From a virus (taxonomy: Duplodnaviria > Caudoviricetes), in IMG/VR virus record IMGVR_UViG_3300020045_000913, positions 1 to 48,663 of that record: a stretch of DNA of 48,663 nucleotides, one strand, 5' to 3'. Made by a program: the position numbers and the translations under genes. Positions 34,268-44,004 of this stretch are shown here, in pieces. Position 1 is the first letter of the stretch. Each line of letters starts with the position of its first letter. The notes beneath the pieces are model-generated. The model ran no database searches, was not told where the DNA came from, and saw only the letters and a list, made by a program, of their open reading frames with translations.

Positions 34268-34735
34268 CTAATTATTTTCATGCCATAGCCATTCAGCCAT
34301 CAATAGAGCGTCAGCCCGTCCGTGGTGCTTGACTAGCTTAAGTGGTGCCGTAGGCCACTTGGTGCGTGCCAGTGCGAGGCTTGCTTTCTTTTCTGTGCCG
34401 ATTAGCCCGTGGTGCTTTTTCCACTTTTGAGGGGTGACAAGCTCATACGGGTACAGTAGCAAGTCAACTACAGTCTCGATAGCTCCACACGCTCGCATGA
34501 ACTTTCCAGTGCTGGACATTCCCTGTTTTGGCCTAACGAATACGCTTTCAATCACAAATTCAGCGTCGTTTCCGTGGTTTCTAATTACCTCTTGTAGTGC
34601 TATTTTTAGCATTCGTGGCAATATGCGTTCGCCATTGTTGGCAATGTCGCCACAACTTACGAATGCGCCGTTGTGGTCGATAGCGGCCCATGCACCACTT
34701 ACTAGGCCGGGGTCAACGCCGATATATAAAGTCAT
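34268..34735 (-). CDS. RuvC-like Holliday junction resolvase
   Basis: IGVDPG, FVIES, VTPQKWK, GRADALL. Confidence 0.85.
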   Translation of the reverse strand: MTLYIGVDPGLVSGAWAAIDHNGAFVSCGDIANNGERILPRMLKIALQEVIRNHGNDAEFVIESVFVRPKQGMSSTGKFMRACGAIETVVDLLLYPYELVTPQKWKKHHGLIGTEKKASLALARTKWPTAPLKLVKHHGRADALLMAEWLWHENN

Positions 34736-36330
34736 TCTGCTGTATTCCAAACACGATCAATCACGCGAAAAAACTTACCTTCTTTGCGGTATGAAATCAT
34801 GCTAGGTGGTGTTCCTTGGTTAAGTTGTTGCACGGTTGTATCAATGTCGCATTCATCAAATGCAGTTACACCAGCTTTTTTTGCCAGTGTATATACCATG
34901 TTACGGGCTTTTACGCCTGCGTAGTTTTCATGCTGCGTCGGGAAATACTCAGAGATTATCGGACCATTTAAGCCGCTGTAATATTTCACCATCATCATCT
35001 CTAAGCCACTGGTGCGGCTGGTGTGCTTTTTCCAGTGCCATTCTGTCACGGGCATTTCAGTTGGTTCTAGGCCCATGATGTCATCACCGCGTAAGTAAAC
35101 GGTTTTCTCCAGCTTTTCAGGCTCCGGGAATTCATGGCCGCACTGGCATTGACGGGCGTTAGCTGCACATATTTCGTCACAGTTGGGGCAGGTTTTCGTG
35201 GGGGCTGTGCCGTCGCCTTTGCGCTTGCGTCCAGGGGGTGTTATCTGGGTTATTGGGCCGTGGGTGGCTACGTTACCGGCGAAGTCTAAAACCATGCAGT
35301 CTGTTTTACAGTCAGCCACTCGCAATCCTCGACCCGCCATCTGGTAATAGAGTCCAGGGGATAGGGTGGGACGTAGAAACACAACACAATCAATTCCAGG
35401 AGCATCAAAACCAGTCGTCAGCACGGCGCAATTAGTAACGGCTTGGATGCGTCCAGATTTAAAATCGTTTAGGATTCTGTCGCGTTCTGCCGATGGCGTT
35501 TGTCCTGTTACGGCTTCGGCGCTTATGCCGTTATCGCGTAGCATGTCTCGCACATCTAGGCTATGCTGTACGCCAGCACAAAACACAATCCAGCTTTTAC
35601 GATCTCTAGCGCGTTCGATTGTTTCATGTACGGCTTTAGCGTTGTTGTCAAACGTGTTAACGGCTAACTCAAGCGACTTACCGACAAACTCACCGGCTGA
35701 TTTTGTCACGCCTTGCGTGCTTAGCATTAGGCTGGTGTGCTTGCTTCGCAGTGGCGATAAATACCCACTTGTGATTAGCTCCTCGATTGAAACTGGTTCG
35801 ATCAAATCACTGAATAGAACATGGTCGCCTTCATGGATCATTCCGTGGCCTAGACGGTATGGGCTGGCCGTTAAGCCAATGACTCGCATATCTGGATTGA
35901 TGGCCATTAGATCGTTGATTAGCTCGCGGTATGCACCCTCACCAGTTGGGCTGATTGAATGGCATTCGTCAACGATGCACAGGTCAATATGGCCCATCTG
36001 GTTTCCACGTTTTGCCACGCTTTGAATTCCAGCAAAAACGATAGGTTCAGTAAGGCAATACCTGCGAAGGCTTGCTGAGTAGATTCCCATTGGCGCATTA
36101 GGCCAATGCTGGCGCATCTTTTCAGCGTTCTGGCTGATTAATTCTTTGGCGCTCGTCAACATCAAAACCCTAGTTCCTGGCCAAGATTGAATAGCTCCTT
36201 TTACAAGTGCTGCGATGATATGGCTTTTGCCTGACCCTGTAGGCAAAACAAGACATGGGTTTCCTTGGTTTCCATTTGAAAACCATTCATACAATTGGTC
36301 AATTGACCTTTGCTGGTACTCCCTTAACAT
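34732..36330 (-). CDS. SF2 DEAD/DEAH helicase with C-terminal zinc finger (RadD/YejH-like)
   Basis: LREYQ, LPTGSGKS, VDECH, GLTASP, LTTGFDAP, QMAGRGLR, CPNC...CQC. Confidence 0.92.
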   Translation of the reverse strand: MLREYQQRSIDQLYEWFSNGNQGNPCLVLPTGSGKSHIIAALVKGAIQSWPGTRVLMLTSAKELISQNAEKMRQHWPNAPMGIYSASLRRYCLTEPIVFAGIQSVAKRGNQMGHIDLCIVDECHSISPTGEGAYRELINDLMAINPDMRVIGLTASPYRLGHGMIHEGDHVLFSDLIEPVSIEELITSGYLSPLRSKHTSLMLSTQGVTKSAGEFVGKSLELAVNTFDNNAKAVHETIERARDRKSWIVFCAGVQHSLDVRDMLRDNGISAEAVTGQTPSAERDRILNDFKSGRIQAVTNCAVLTTGFDAPGIDCVVFLRPTLSPGLYYQMAGRGLRVADCKTDCMVLDFAGNVATHGPITQITPPGRKRKGDGTAPTKTCPNCDEICAANARQCQCGHEFPEPEKLEKTVYLRGDDIMGLEPTEMPVTEWHWKKHTSRTSGLEMMMVKYYSGLNGPIISEYFPTQHENYAGVKARNMVYTLAKKAGVTAFDECDIDTTVQQLNQGTPPSMISYRKEGKFFRVIDRVWNTAE

Positions 36331-36959
36331 GATTTAAACCTTTGAAGATATTCAATTGCTTTAAATAATATTTGCTCACTCTCACTGAATAATCCAAGAC
36401 CTTGGTTGCATCTTCCGCATAACAATGACCTTACCGACCCGCTTGAATGACAATGATCTATGTGAGTATTTGAATTTGTTAATTCTGTTTTGCAAATTGA
36501 ACACATACTATTTTGAGAATCAAGCATTTCAAAAAAATCTGTTTTTGAAATTCCATATATTTTTTTGATCCTTGTCCACTTCAAAACTTCTTTTCTTTTT
36601 ATTGCAACATCTCTATTGCACTCAGCGCAATTATGGTTTGTAACGAATCTTTTGAAGTGACCATTAACACAGGGTAATATTGGTTTATAAACTGTAAATC
36701 CGGATTCAACAGCTTCAATTGCAAGTCTTTGATTGTCTAAATTTGCCTCGCTAAATCGTTTTAATTTTGTTATTTCAATCTGACCGCGTTTGTCTGCTAT
36801 GCATTGAACACAATTACCGGAACTAGAATACCTTGGAGCCAAATGTCCTTTTGTGCATTTTTGATTTGTAAAATAATAAATTTCACCAAGTTCTCTTGCT
36901 CGCTTCCCGGTTGCTGGCAACTTTGCAAAATTTGCATCTATTAGGTTAATTTCAGTCAT
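36324..36959 (-). CDS. Endonuclease VII-family (His-Me) nuclease, probable free-standing homing endonuclease
   Basis: QNSMCSIC...HIDHCHSSGSVRSLLCGRCNQGLG. Two N-terminal C..GH....C..C repeats. AT-rich. Confidence 0.85.
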   Translation of the reverse strand: MTEINLIDANFAKLPATGKRARELGEIYYFTNQKCTKGHLAPRYSSSGNCVQCIADKRGQIEITKLKRFSEANLDNQRLAIEAVESGFTVYKPILPCVNGHFKRFVTNHNCAECNRDVAIKRKEVLKWTRIKKIYGISKTDFFEMLDSQNSMCSICKTELTNSNTHIDHCHSSGSVRSLLCGRCNQGLGLFSESEQILFKAIEYLQRFKSC

Positions 36960-36993
36960 ATCATTCTCATGTAAAACTGTATTTTACCATAAT

Positions 36994-37983
36994 TCATCCC
37001 ACCACCCGCGCATCAAACTCATCAAACTTATCTCGCACTCCACTAGCGCAAGCCTGCCAGTTAGCCACAATCTCACGGCTTAAATAACCATCTGGTGCGT
37101 TATGTATTGGCCCAGCTTTAGTCATCCAGATAACTCCTGTTTCAGCGCGTTCAAACGGCCATGCGGGCGTAAGATCGGGGTGAATTATGTGATTGTCACA
37201 TCCTGCCAATTGTGCGTCTAGATCAGGGATTGTCATATCCCAGTGGGCGCAATGCCACGTACCGTCTTCCATTGCCGTGCTGCAAGCGCATGTACGGCAG
37301 TTGACTTCTTTTGTTAGCTTTGAACCAAAACATTGATCGTGAGCGGCACAATAACGGCACTCAAACCACGACTCATCCGTGCTTATACCCGCTGGCGCAC
37401 GGTCAGACTTTACGATGCGTTTCCCGCGTTCTAAAAACTTCTTTGCCACTTCGTCATCACGCTTGACGATCTCGTTATATACCTCGTCATTGTCTTTATT
37501 CACCATAACAAAAAGGCCGTGATCTACGTCTTTGCCCATTAAATACAATTTCACCTGTACCCAATAGACAGGCTTGGACTTCTCTAGTCCTTTCGCCACC
37601 ATGTCTTTGTAGGACTTGGATGACGCTGTTTTGATCTCTAGGATGTGCTTTGCCTTGGTGTTTCCTGGCGCTCCTGATTCAATGATGCCATCGGTTGAGC
37701 CGCTGATATGGCATCCAAAGTCAACCCGCGACTGATTCGCGCCAGTGTTGGTAATCTTCATACCAATGGCTTGCAAGTCAGCGACGACTGTGCGTTCCTC
37801 TAGCTGTCCACGGCGAAACAAGCGAAGGATTCGACCAGGGAACTTTTCAATTACGGCGAAGCGAAACGATAGCCACAACCAACGATCGCACGCATGGCCA
37901 AGTTGTGAGCATCCCATGTGGCCACGCGGGCCTTCGCGGACTTCTTCATGGTGAAGATCGATTAGTGTTTGAATGTCGTTCAT
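36994..37983 (-). CDS. Cas4-like / PD-(D/E)XK exonuclease
   Basis: MGCSQLGHAC.R.LW, GSTDG, LEIKT, CRYC....C, CRTC. Confidence 0.82.
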   Translation of the reverse strand: MNDIQTLIDLHHEEVREGPRGHMGCSQLGHACDRWLWLSFRFAVIEKFPGRILRLFRRGQLEERTVVADLQAIGMKITNTGANQSRVDFGCHISGSTDGIIESGAPGNTKAKHILEIKTASSKSYKDMVAKGLEKSKPVYWVQVKLYLMGKDVDHGLFVMVNKDNDEVYNEIVKRDDEVAKKFLERGKRIVKSDRAPAGISTDESWFECRYCAAHDQCFGSKLTKEVNCRTCACSTAMEDGTWHCAHWDMTIPDLDAQLAGCDNHIIHPDLTPAWPFERAETGVIWMTKAGPIHNAPDGYLSREIVANWQACASGVRDKFDEFDARVVG

Positions 37984-38279
37984 GCCACTTCCCCATGTGT
38001 TTCATAACTAAGCACTTTCTCAATGGTTCGCTGATGTACTCCAAATTGCTTAGCCAGTGCAGCATTACCTAGGTTTTCTCGTATGTGCTTTAGCAGTGCT
38101 TCGCGCTGGCGTTTCGCGCTTCGGATTGTCACTACATCAATGTCTAACAGCTTTGTATGCGGCAGCTCTTGACCTCGTTTAGCGTTAGCTACGGCGCTTT
38201 GCAGGTAGTCGTGACGGTCCATTGTTCCGGGGCGTCTAAGTTGCTTTCCTACGTGCTTGGAATATTTTGTTGCTGCCAT
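37980..38279 (-). CDS. Putative HTH DNA-binding protein
   Basis: RGQELPHTKL....V..IR...ALAKQFGVHQRTIEKV. Confidence 0.65.
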   Translation of the reverse strand: MAATKYSKHVGKQLRRPGTMDRHDYLQSAVANAKRGQELPHTKLLDIDVVTIRSAKRQREALLKHIRENLGNAALAKQFGVHQRTIEKVLSYETHGEVA

Positions 38280-38303
38280 TTTCTTTCCTGATTGTTGAGT
38301 TGA

Positions 38304-38327
38304 AAACCCGCCGGTTAGGCGGGATTT
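38304..38327 (-). terminator. Intrinsic terminator after the methyltransferase gene
   Basis: Minus strand CCCGCC-TAACC-GGCGGG-TTTT. Confidence 0.7.
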
Positions 38328-38331
38328 AAGT

Positions 38332-39378
38332 TTAATCCATTAGATCGGGTTCAGTCTCAAAAAGTGCATTTTGTTTGAATGTATTTTCACTTTCAAACCG
38401 TTTTGATGCCAGTGACAAATTGATCTTTGCCTGTTTGAAGTAGCTGTCTTTTAGCTCGATTCCAATGGCTTTTCGGCCCATTGAGACGGGGCTGAATACT
38501 TCGCTACCAACTCCCATGAATGGGGTGAAGCATACTTCACCTTTGTTGCTGTATAGGTCAACAAGTCGATCAATAACATCCAGTTGTAGGGGGTGAACAT
38601 GGCGCTCGTCGTCCTCTTCTTTGCTATCGCGAAACGGTAAAACATTGTCAACGCGAATGTCATCCCATACGCTGGATGCATATCGTTGCCAAATGTAGTG
38701 GCTTAATTTATTTGTTCGCGGGTCTTTGTGGTCAGCGTAGTTGTTGTTTAAAAAATCCCAAAGTTGTTCAATGTTAAAACTTGTTTCGTTTGTGTTGTTG
38801 AAAATGCGAAGCATATCAGGAAGGATTGGAGTTAATCCTGAGTACCGCTTAAATCCTTCTTGGTGCGTAACTGGCACTTCATTTTCACCATTTTTGCTGA
38901 AAACTAAAACGTAGTCAGGCATTGCCGTGAAACACCGAGTTGAGTCCTCAATAATGAATTTGTGCATCAATGATTGAACCATCGTACGGGTTCTTACCTT
39001 CAATGGTTCTTTCCAAATTGTTATGCGGTTACGGTATGTAAATCCGTGTTTTTTGTGAATGTTAATGATCTCGTGAGGGAAGTCCCAAAGTCTTGATGCA
39101 TGGTCAAAAATATCAGTGCAATGCACGGCGTTAATACGTCCCGGCTTTGTTACCCGAGCCATTTCAGCGACTAAAAAATCATATTGATCTAAGAATTGTT
39201 CACGCGTATCGCAGTTTGAAAAGTCATTGGGGCTACTTGTGTAAGCGTATAGCCCACAAAATGGCGGGGAATAAATTGATAGGTCAACAGAGTTATCCGG
39301 AATTGTTGGCAATACAGCCATGCAGTCACTGTTATAGATGGCATATTCTGGCGTGATTATTTGGTCTTTTGTATTCAT
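38332..39378 (-). CDS. DNA amino-methyltransferase (N4-C/N6-A, beta-type motif order)
   Basis: SVDLSIYSPPF (motif IV) precedes FTPFMGVGS (motif I), then GIELK. Confidence 0.9.
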   Translation of the reverse strand: MNTKDQIITPEYAIYNSDCMAVLPTIPDNSVDLSIYSPPFCGLYAYTSSPNDFSNCDTREQFLDQYDFLVAEMARVTKPGRINAVHCTDIFDHASRLWDFPHEIINIHKKHGFTYRNRITIWKEPLKVRTRTMVQSLMHKFIIEDSTRCFTAMPDYVLVFSKNGENEVPVTHQEGFKRYSGLTPILPDMLRIFNNTNETSFNIEQLWDFLNNNYADHKDPRTNKLSHYIWQRYASSVWDDIRVDNVLPFRDSKEEDDERHVHPLQLDVIDRLVDLYSNKGEVCFTPFMGVGSEVFSPVSMGRKAIGIELKDSYFKQAKINLSLASKRFESENTFKQNALFETEPDLMD

Positions 39379-40745
39379 TTGATAAACTCAGGTAGTTGAA
39401 CAGTTTTGTTAAATTCTTTTTTTGTGAAACTAAAATCACGGTTTGCGGCTTGAACCAAGTTCCCATAAAGCTCAATTGCCTTTTGTGTCTTTTGCTCCAA
39501 AGCCTCTAGAACGCGCTCTTGGCCTTCGCTGATAACCATATCGCATGTTACTTCTGACTTCTGGCCAAAGCGCCAAAACCGTCGAATTGCTTGGTAGTAT
39601 TGCTCGTAACTCCATGTAGGGAAAAACACGGTGTGATTGCAATGTTGCCAGTTCAGGCCCATAGAGGTCATGCGTGCTTTTGTAATCAATCTCCTAATGT
39701 CACCATTTGCAAATGATTGAAGAATGTCCTCTTTTTTGTCTATTGACATACCGCCAATAATCTCTACTGCGTCACGGTCTAACTCTGAAAGTAGCGAGCT
39801 TTCATCATTCAGGTTGCACCAATAAACAGAGGTTTTTCCTTCAGCAAGTTGGACAGCGCGTTCACAACGGTTTTTTACAGTGAGTTTTTGCTCTTGTCTA
39901 ACTTCTGTCATTGTGCGAGCTGGCATTACAAAAAGTGACTGCTGATTTTCAATTGTCCACTGTGCATCATTTCGCACGATATGGCGGTTTGAATGTAGTG
40001 ATGGCAACTGATAACGGTCGTCATTAAATCCAAGATCGGACGGACGCTTTACCATGACTGACCACTGATTCACCCATGCGAAAAAGTCTTTTTCAGCGTG
40101 AGCCAATAATCTAAACTTGTTTCCAATGTTTCTATTATTGCTGTCTTGATCGTTTTGAGTGCTCTTAAAAAAGCGTCCAAGCATATCCATGTAACCCATG
40201 TAACCCAAAGCCTCTGAGCTATTTCCTAGCTCAATAAAGTCATTCGGGCTTGGTGTGGCTGTTGCCAAAAACCGATACGGTACGCGCTTGATAAATGCCA
40301 CGATGGAGTCACGGGTTTTACCTGAAAAGTTTTTTAGGATGCTGGACTCGTCCAGCATGACGCATTCAAATTCATCAGGGTTAAGAAGGTGCAACCGCTC
40401 ATAATTGCATACTACGATCTTCTTTGTAAACGTTCCGTCTTTGCTGTGCTCAATGTCGTAAATGCCTATGCGATTAGCTTCATTGATGAACTGGAAAGCA
40501 ACCGCCAAAGGAGTGAGAATCAAAACGCGCTTATTAGTCTTGCGAATGATGTTTTCAGCGATTGAAACCTGAATCAATGTTTTACCAAGTCCTGTATCTG
40601 CAAACACACCAATGCGGCCTTTTCGCAGCGCCTTGGTGATGATATGCTCCTGAAAATCAAACGCTGACTCAGGCATCCAAACTGGCTCAAAACCATAGCT
40701 GTTAGTGCTGTGAGTCTTATTCCTTATGAAATCTTCATAATTCAT
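39375..40745 (-). CDS. SNF2-like SF2 helicase
   Basis: ADTGLGKT, LDESSILK, TATPSPND, GLNWQ, QAIRRFWRFGQ. Confidence 0.88.
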   Translation of the reverse strand: MNYEDFIRNKTHSTNSYGFEPVWMPESAFDFQEHIITKALRKGRIGVFADTGLGKTLIQVSIAENIIRKTNKRVLILTPLAVAFQFINEANRIGIYDIEHSKDGTFTKKIVVCNYERLHLLNPDEFECVMLDESSILKNFSGKTRDSIVAFIKRVPYRFLATATPSPNDFIELGNSSEALGYMGYMDMLGRFFKSTQNDQDSNNRNIGNKFRLLAHAEKDFFAWVNQWSVMVKRPSDLGFNDDRYQLPSLHSNRHIVRNDAQWTIENQQSLFVMPARTMTEVRQEQKLTVKNRCERAVQLAEGKTSVYWCNLNDESSLLSELDRDAVEIIGGMSIDKKEDILQSFANGDIRRLITKARMTSMGLNWQHCNHTVFFPTWSYEQYYQAIRRFWRFGQKSEVTCDMVISEGQERVLEALEQKTQKAIELYGNLVQAANRDFSFTKKEFNKTVQLPEFIK

Positions 40746-40764
40746 TTTCGTCCTTTTGTTGTTG

Positions 40765-40801
40765 AAAAAACCCCGCGCTACCGGGGTTTAATTGTAGCTC
40801 A
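40765..40801 (-). promoter_or_regulatory. Overlapping terminator hairpin and extended -10 promoter
   Basis: Minus strand TGAGC-TACAAT followed by AAACCCCG-GTAGCG-CGGGGTTTTTT. Confidence 0.6.
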
Positions 40802-40805
40802 AATA

Positions 40806-41306
40806 CTAGCGCTTTGCCCAAGGCGGGGAAGCTTTAGCGGGTGCGGAGGCTGGCGCTGGTTTAGTTGGTGCTGGCCGCGCTGCTGGTGCCTGTACGTCAC
40901 CTGCCGCTTTGTACGCCTTGATCTCGTTGCCTTCTTTGTACTGGCCTGACGCTGGTTTTACAACCACTTTCACGACCAATGGGCCTGAAATAAGTTGGTC
41001 AGTATCCTCCAGTGACTCAATCTTTAAAGCGCGCAGGATTGAACCAAGCTGGCCACGTCCAATCTGTTCGGCTTGTGAACTGTCGTTCTTGATGTTCAAG
41101 ACTCCAAACAGCAAGCGACCGGCGTGCGTTGGGCCGTCAACATGCAACTTCAAATTGATGTACTGGCCTGTGCCTGACTTCGTTTGCTTGATTTCAGCGT
41201 CTTCAATGGTCACGTTATAGTCACCGGCTGGCAGTGGTGTAAAGTCACCGCCACCTGTATCTTCTGGGAGGTCGTTTGTGTTAAATGTTTCGTCGAGGCG
41301 TGCCAT
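40806..41306 (-). CDS. DUF669-like single-stranded DNA-binding protein
   Basis: DFTPLPAGDY.V.I..AE.K.TKSGTG, NEIKAY, C-terminal PPW. Confidence 0.8.
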   Translation of the reverse strand: MARLDETFNTNDLPEDTGGGDFTPLPAGDYNVTIEDAEIKQTKSGTGQYINLKLHVDGPTHAGRLLFGVLNIKNDSSQAEQIGRGQLGSILRALKIESLEDTDQLISGPLVVKVVVKPASGQYKEGNEIKAYKAAGDVQAPAARPAPTKPAPASAPAKASPPWAKR

Positions 41307-41309
41307 GTG

Positions 41310-41705
41310 TTAGTCCTTTGTTTTCAGTGAGATAGAGAATGATGGCCGTGAAGCCGTGGTGGTGATTGCTTTGATAAGTACGCTCTTAATGTCTTCGTCG
41401 GTTGCTTTCCAAGCCGTCAAGTTAAGGTCAGGTTTCCAGCGAAACACGATACCCAGCTGGTCTTGCAAGCCGTATTCTGCTGCAATTTCCTGCGCCATAT
41501 CAGCGTCGATCTTGCGAGTTAAACGGGTAGTGACTTTACACTCAAAATCATTGATTGATTCTGTTTTTGTTCCATCTTTCGCAGCGTCGATTTTTAGAAG
41601 CTCGGCTAGTTTGTCTTCTATTTCGCGACGGCGCTCTTGGGCTTTGGTTTCAATTCCTTTGCAACTCATCCACTCGTTGCATAGGTCTTCTTGTTTTGTC
41701 GTCAT
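41310..41705 (-). CDS. Hypothetical protein of the recombination module
   Basis: RREIED, FRWKP, ITTTASRPSF. Conserved-looking gene between the ATPase and SSB genes. Confidence 0.7.
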   Translation of the reverse strand: MTTKQEDLCNEWMSCKGIETKAQERRREIEDKLAELLKIDAAKDGTKTESINDFECKVTTRLTRKIDADMAQEIAAEYGLQDQLGIVFRWKPDLNLTAWKATDEDIKSVLIKAITTTASRPSFSISLKTKD

Positions 41706-41932
41706 TTTCTAGCCTCTAGCATGGCGTCGGCCATCTTGTAAACCCATTCAGCCTTTTCTTGGAATGTGAAGCCATCAGCAAAACCTTGCTGAGTTAAAGC
41801 TCCAACAAGTGTGTGTGTTGCGAAGTAGTCTCGCAGGTTCATTCCTTGCCACGGCTTTCTATATTCTCCATGTTCATCCACTCCTAAAATTTCACATGGA
41901 AACGCCGGACCGCCTGTTTCAATTTCATTCAT
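41702..41932 (-). CDS. Hypothetical protein
   Basis: TGGPAFP...GMNLRDYFA...YKMADAML.AR, a common phage motif. Confidence 0.75.
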   Translation of the reverse strand: MNEIETGGPAFPCEILGVDEHGEYRKPWQGMNLRDYFATHTLVGALTQQGFADGFTFQEKAEWVYKMADAMLEARK

Positions 41933-42075
41933 TTCAACACCTCATTGGTTACAATTTCAATTTGTGAATCAAGCTTTTCAAGCAAGTAATCAGGCATAAA
42001 GTGCTTAGTCGCAAAGCTCCATGACTCAAGTGCGCTTAGTAGCTTGATTAGCTCGATTAGTTGGGGTTTGGTCAT

Positions 42076-42279
42076 TTAATACTCCACTCCTTCAATTTTG
42101 AATTCATGTTTGCAGTGTTCGCAAATAACTTCATGGTCTTTTAGTGCATCCCAGTTGTTGTTAAAAATTGCACTTGCAACAACTCTGTCATCATCGTCAT
42201 ACGATATGTCAAAACACTCTTTGCATTTTGGACATTCAACATCAACAGACCAATCAAGATACGCAATTGGTTCACTCAT
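42076..42279 (-). CDS. Small zinc-ribbon protein
   Basis: CPKC...CEHC. Confidence 0.65.
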   Translation of the reverse strand: MSEPIAYLDWSVDVECPKCKECFDISYDDDDRVVASAIFNNNWDALKDHEVICEHCKHEFKIEGVEY

Positions 42280-43019
42280 GCCGTTACCGCCTTAGCCATT
42301 GCATCACTAAACGATGACCATTCAAGCTTGCAGCTATCTGGCAAGCTGTAACGGTTCTTTGCTAGATAAGCTGGCTTTTCTTGCGTGAAAATCAAGCGTT
42401 CGCCGTTTGATATTGCCCGGCCTCGTTCTTTGTTGAATCCTAGGTCTTCTTTCTTTACTACGGTTTTATAGTTGGCAAACAGTACGCAATCGGCCCATTC
42501 CTGAACTAAGGCGCTTGACCGTGTTTGCAGCTTTGGCTGGTAACGGTCGTAGCTGTCTACCTCTGGGCTGTCAAAGCGTTTAATTTCTGAGTGACCAATC
42601 AAGATTACCGTCATGTTTTTGTCATTACGCAGGGCGTTAAACCCGTCTAGAATCTCGCGCCATTTATCAGCAAGAAACATAGAACTACGGCCATAGGCTA
42701 GTTCTTTTGCGTCGTGTGTTGCTTCGATCTCTTGAATCAAAACATTTTCAAGCCAGTCTGCGGTGTCTAGCACGACTGTCTCATATTCGTGTTCGTCAGT
42801 GTAAAGCGTTTGCAACATTTCCATGACATCGTTGCTTGATGTAGCGATTGGAAAATGTGCCACGTCCAAGGCGTCTAGTCCATCTTCAGCGCAAATGAAA
42901 ATTGGGTTAGGTGCTTGGCTTGCAAATGTGCTTTTACCGATTCCATGCGTGCTGTAGAGAAAGATGCGAGGCGGGCGAAGGTTCTTGCCCTTTTGGATTG
43001 AACCAAGATTAAAAGCCAT
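42276..43019 (-). CDS. Sak4-like AAA ATPase (AAA_24), recombination protein
   Basis: YSTHGIGKST Walker A, TVVLDTADWLE, ILIGHS, EWADCVLF, AKNRY.LP. Confidence 0.85.
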   Translation of the reverse strand: MAFNLGSIQKGKNLRPPRIFLYSTHGIGKSTFASQAPNPIFICAEDGLDALDVAHFPIATSSNDVMEMLQTLYTDEHEYETVVLDTADWLENVLIQEIEATHDAKELAYGRSSMFLADKWREILDGFNALRNDKNMTVILIGHSEIKRFDSPEVDSYDRYQPKLQTRSSALVQEWADCVLFANYKTVVKKEDLGFNKERGRAISNGERLIFTQEKPAYLAKNRYSLPDSCKLEWSSFSDAMAKAVTA

Positions 43020-43108
43020 GATGACAGTCCTTTTTGTTGATTAACCGATTTCGGCTTATTCCGGCTTCGGTGTGTTGATAGTGTAGCGCAAAAAGTAGGT
43101 TGTTTTAT

Positions 43109-43468
43109 TTATTTTGGTACATTTTTATAGGTTCCTTTTCGTTTATGTGCTCGGCCTATTGTCTGTCGTTCGCAGCCAAAAATCTCAGCGATTGCACGCC
43201 ATGTGTGTCCTTCATTGATTAGCTTATCAACCATTGGCACTAGCTCCAATGGCACCGTGCGCCTGGTTCCGTAGGTGCCGCCTGGCAAGCGTTCTCCTTC
43301 ATGGTCCTTTGGTATGTTTGCATAGCTTGCTTTCCGGTTATGAGCCCGGTAAACAACCCATCGATCTAATCCAGTGGCTTTCACGGCGTCGGCGTACTTT
43401 CCACCTTTGGCCATGATCTCGTCGATTAGTGCGATGTGTTCTAGCGTTGCTGGGTTTTTTTCTTTCAT
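43109..43468 (-). CDS. Protein with two tandem HTH-like repeats
   Basis: RAHNRKASYANIPK and RAHKRKGTYKNVPK end two similar halves. Confidence 0.65.
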   Translation of the reverse strand: MKEKNPATLEHIALIDEIMAKGGKYADAVKATGLDRWVVYRAHNRKASYANIPKDHEGERLPGGTYGTRRTVPLELVPMVDKLINEGHTWRAIAEIFGCERQTIGRAHKRKGTYKNVPK

Positions 43469-44004
43469 TTTTTGGCTTTCTGAGCTGCAAGAATTGCTCT
43501 GGCAAATGCCAAAGGCAAAATGTACCCATCACGACCAGGTTCTGCACATCGACTCACAATTGCAATTTTTACAATTTCATCATCCGTCAACTCGGCGACT
43601 GGCTGTGACATCTGAACGTACATCTCAGTCTGTGCTTTTTGGTTTTCGTACATCGAGTGCAGCCATTCAACACGCTCTGCGTAGTCACCTTGCACCCAGT
43701 CTTTTGAGCCAGGGTAAAGTGAGTCGGGCAGTGGGTATTGCGCGGCTGACTGCTGGGTTGCTGCAACCGTCTGGATGTGCCAAAGCAGCTCGTGGACCGG
43801 CTGCATACGCCACACGTCCCAATCAATTTGCTCCCAGGCTGCATCAAAAGCGTCACGACTCATCGGAAGCGGTTGGGCGACATTAATTGCAGCACGTAGC
43901 GAAGATTCAAGATCATGCCCCCACTTAGCGGTTGGCGGGTTAAACGAACTGTCAAGGTCTGCGTTTTCAAGAAAGTTTAGTGCTTCGCGTAAAAGTTGCT
44001 TCAC
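43465..44004 (-). CDS. Hypothetical protein
   Basis: LTDDEI...FARAILAA motif, overlaps neighbours. Confidence 0.65.
   Translation of the reverse strand: MKQLLREALNFLENADLDSSFNPPTAKWGHDLESSLRAAINVAQPLPMSRDAFDAAWEQIDWDVWRMQPVHELLWHIQTVAATQQSAAQYPLPDSLYPGSKDWVQGDYAERVEWLHSMYENQKAQTEMYVQMSQPVAELTDDEIVKIAIVSRCAEPGRDGYILPLAFARAILAAQKAKK

Noticed and set aside
36994-37983. Cas4-like gene as evidence of a CRISPR-Cas system
   Set aside because: It sits in a recombination module with Sak4-like ATPase, SSB and helicase genes. Stand-alone Cas4-like nucleases are common in phages.
42276-43019. Walker A variant YSTHGIGKST as a sign of an inactive ATPase
   Set aside because: The GKS/T core and Walker B are intact, and a first-position substitution alone is weak evidence.
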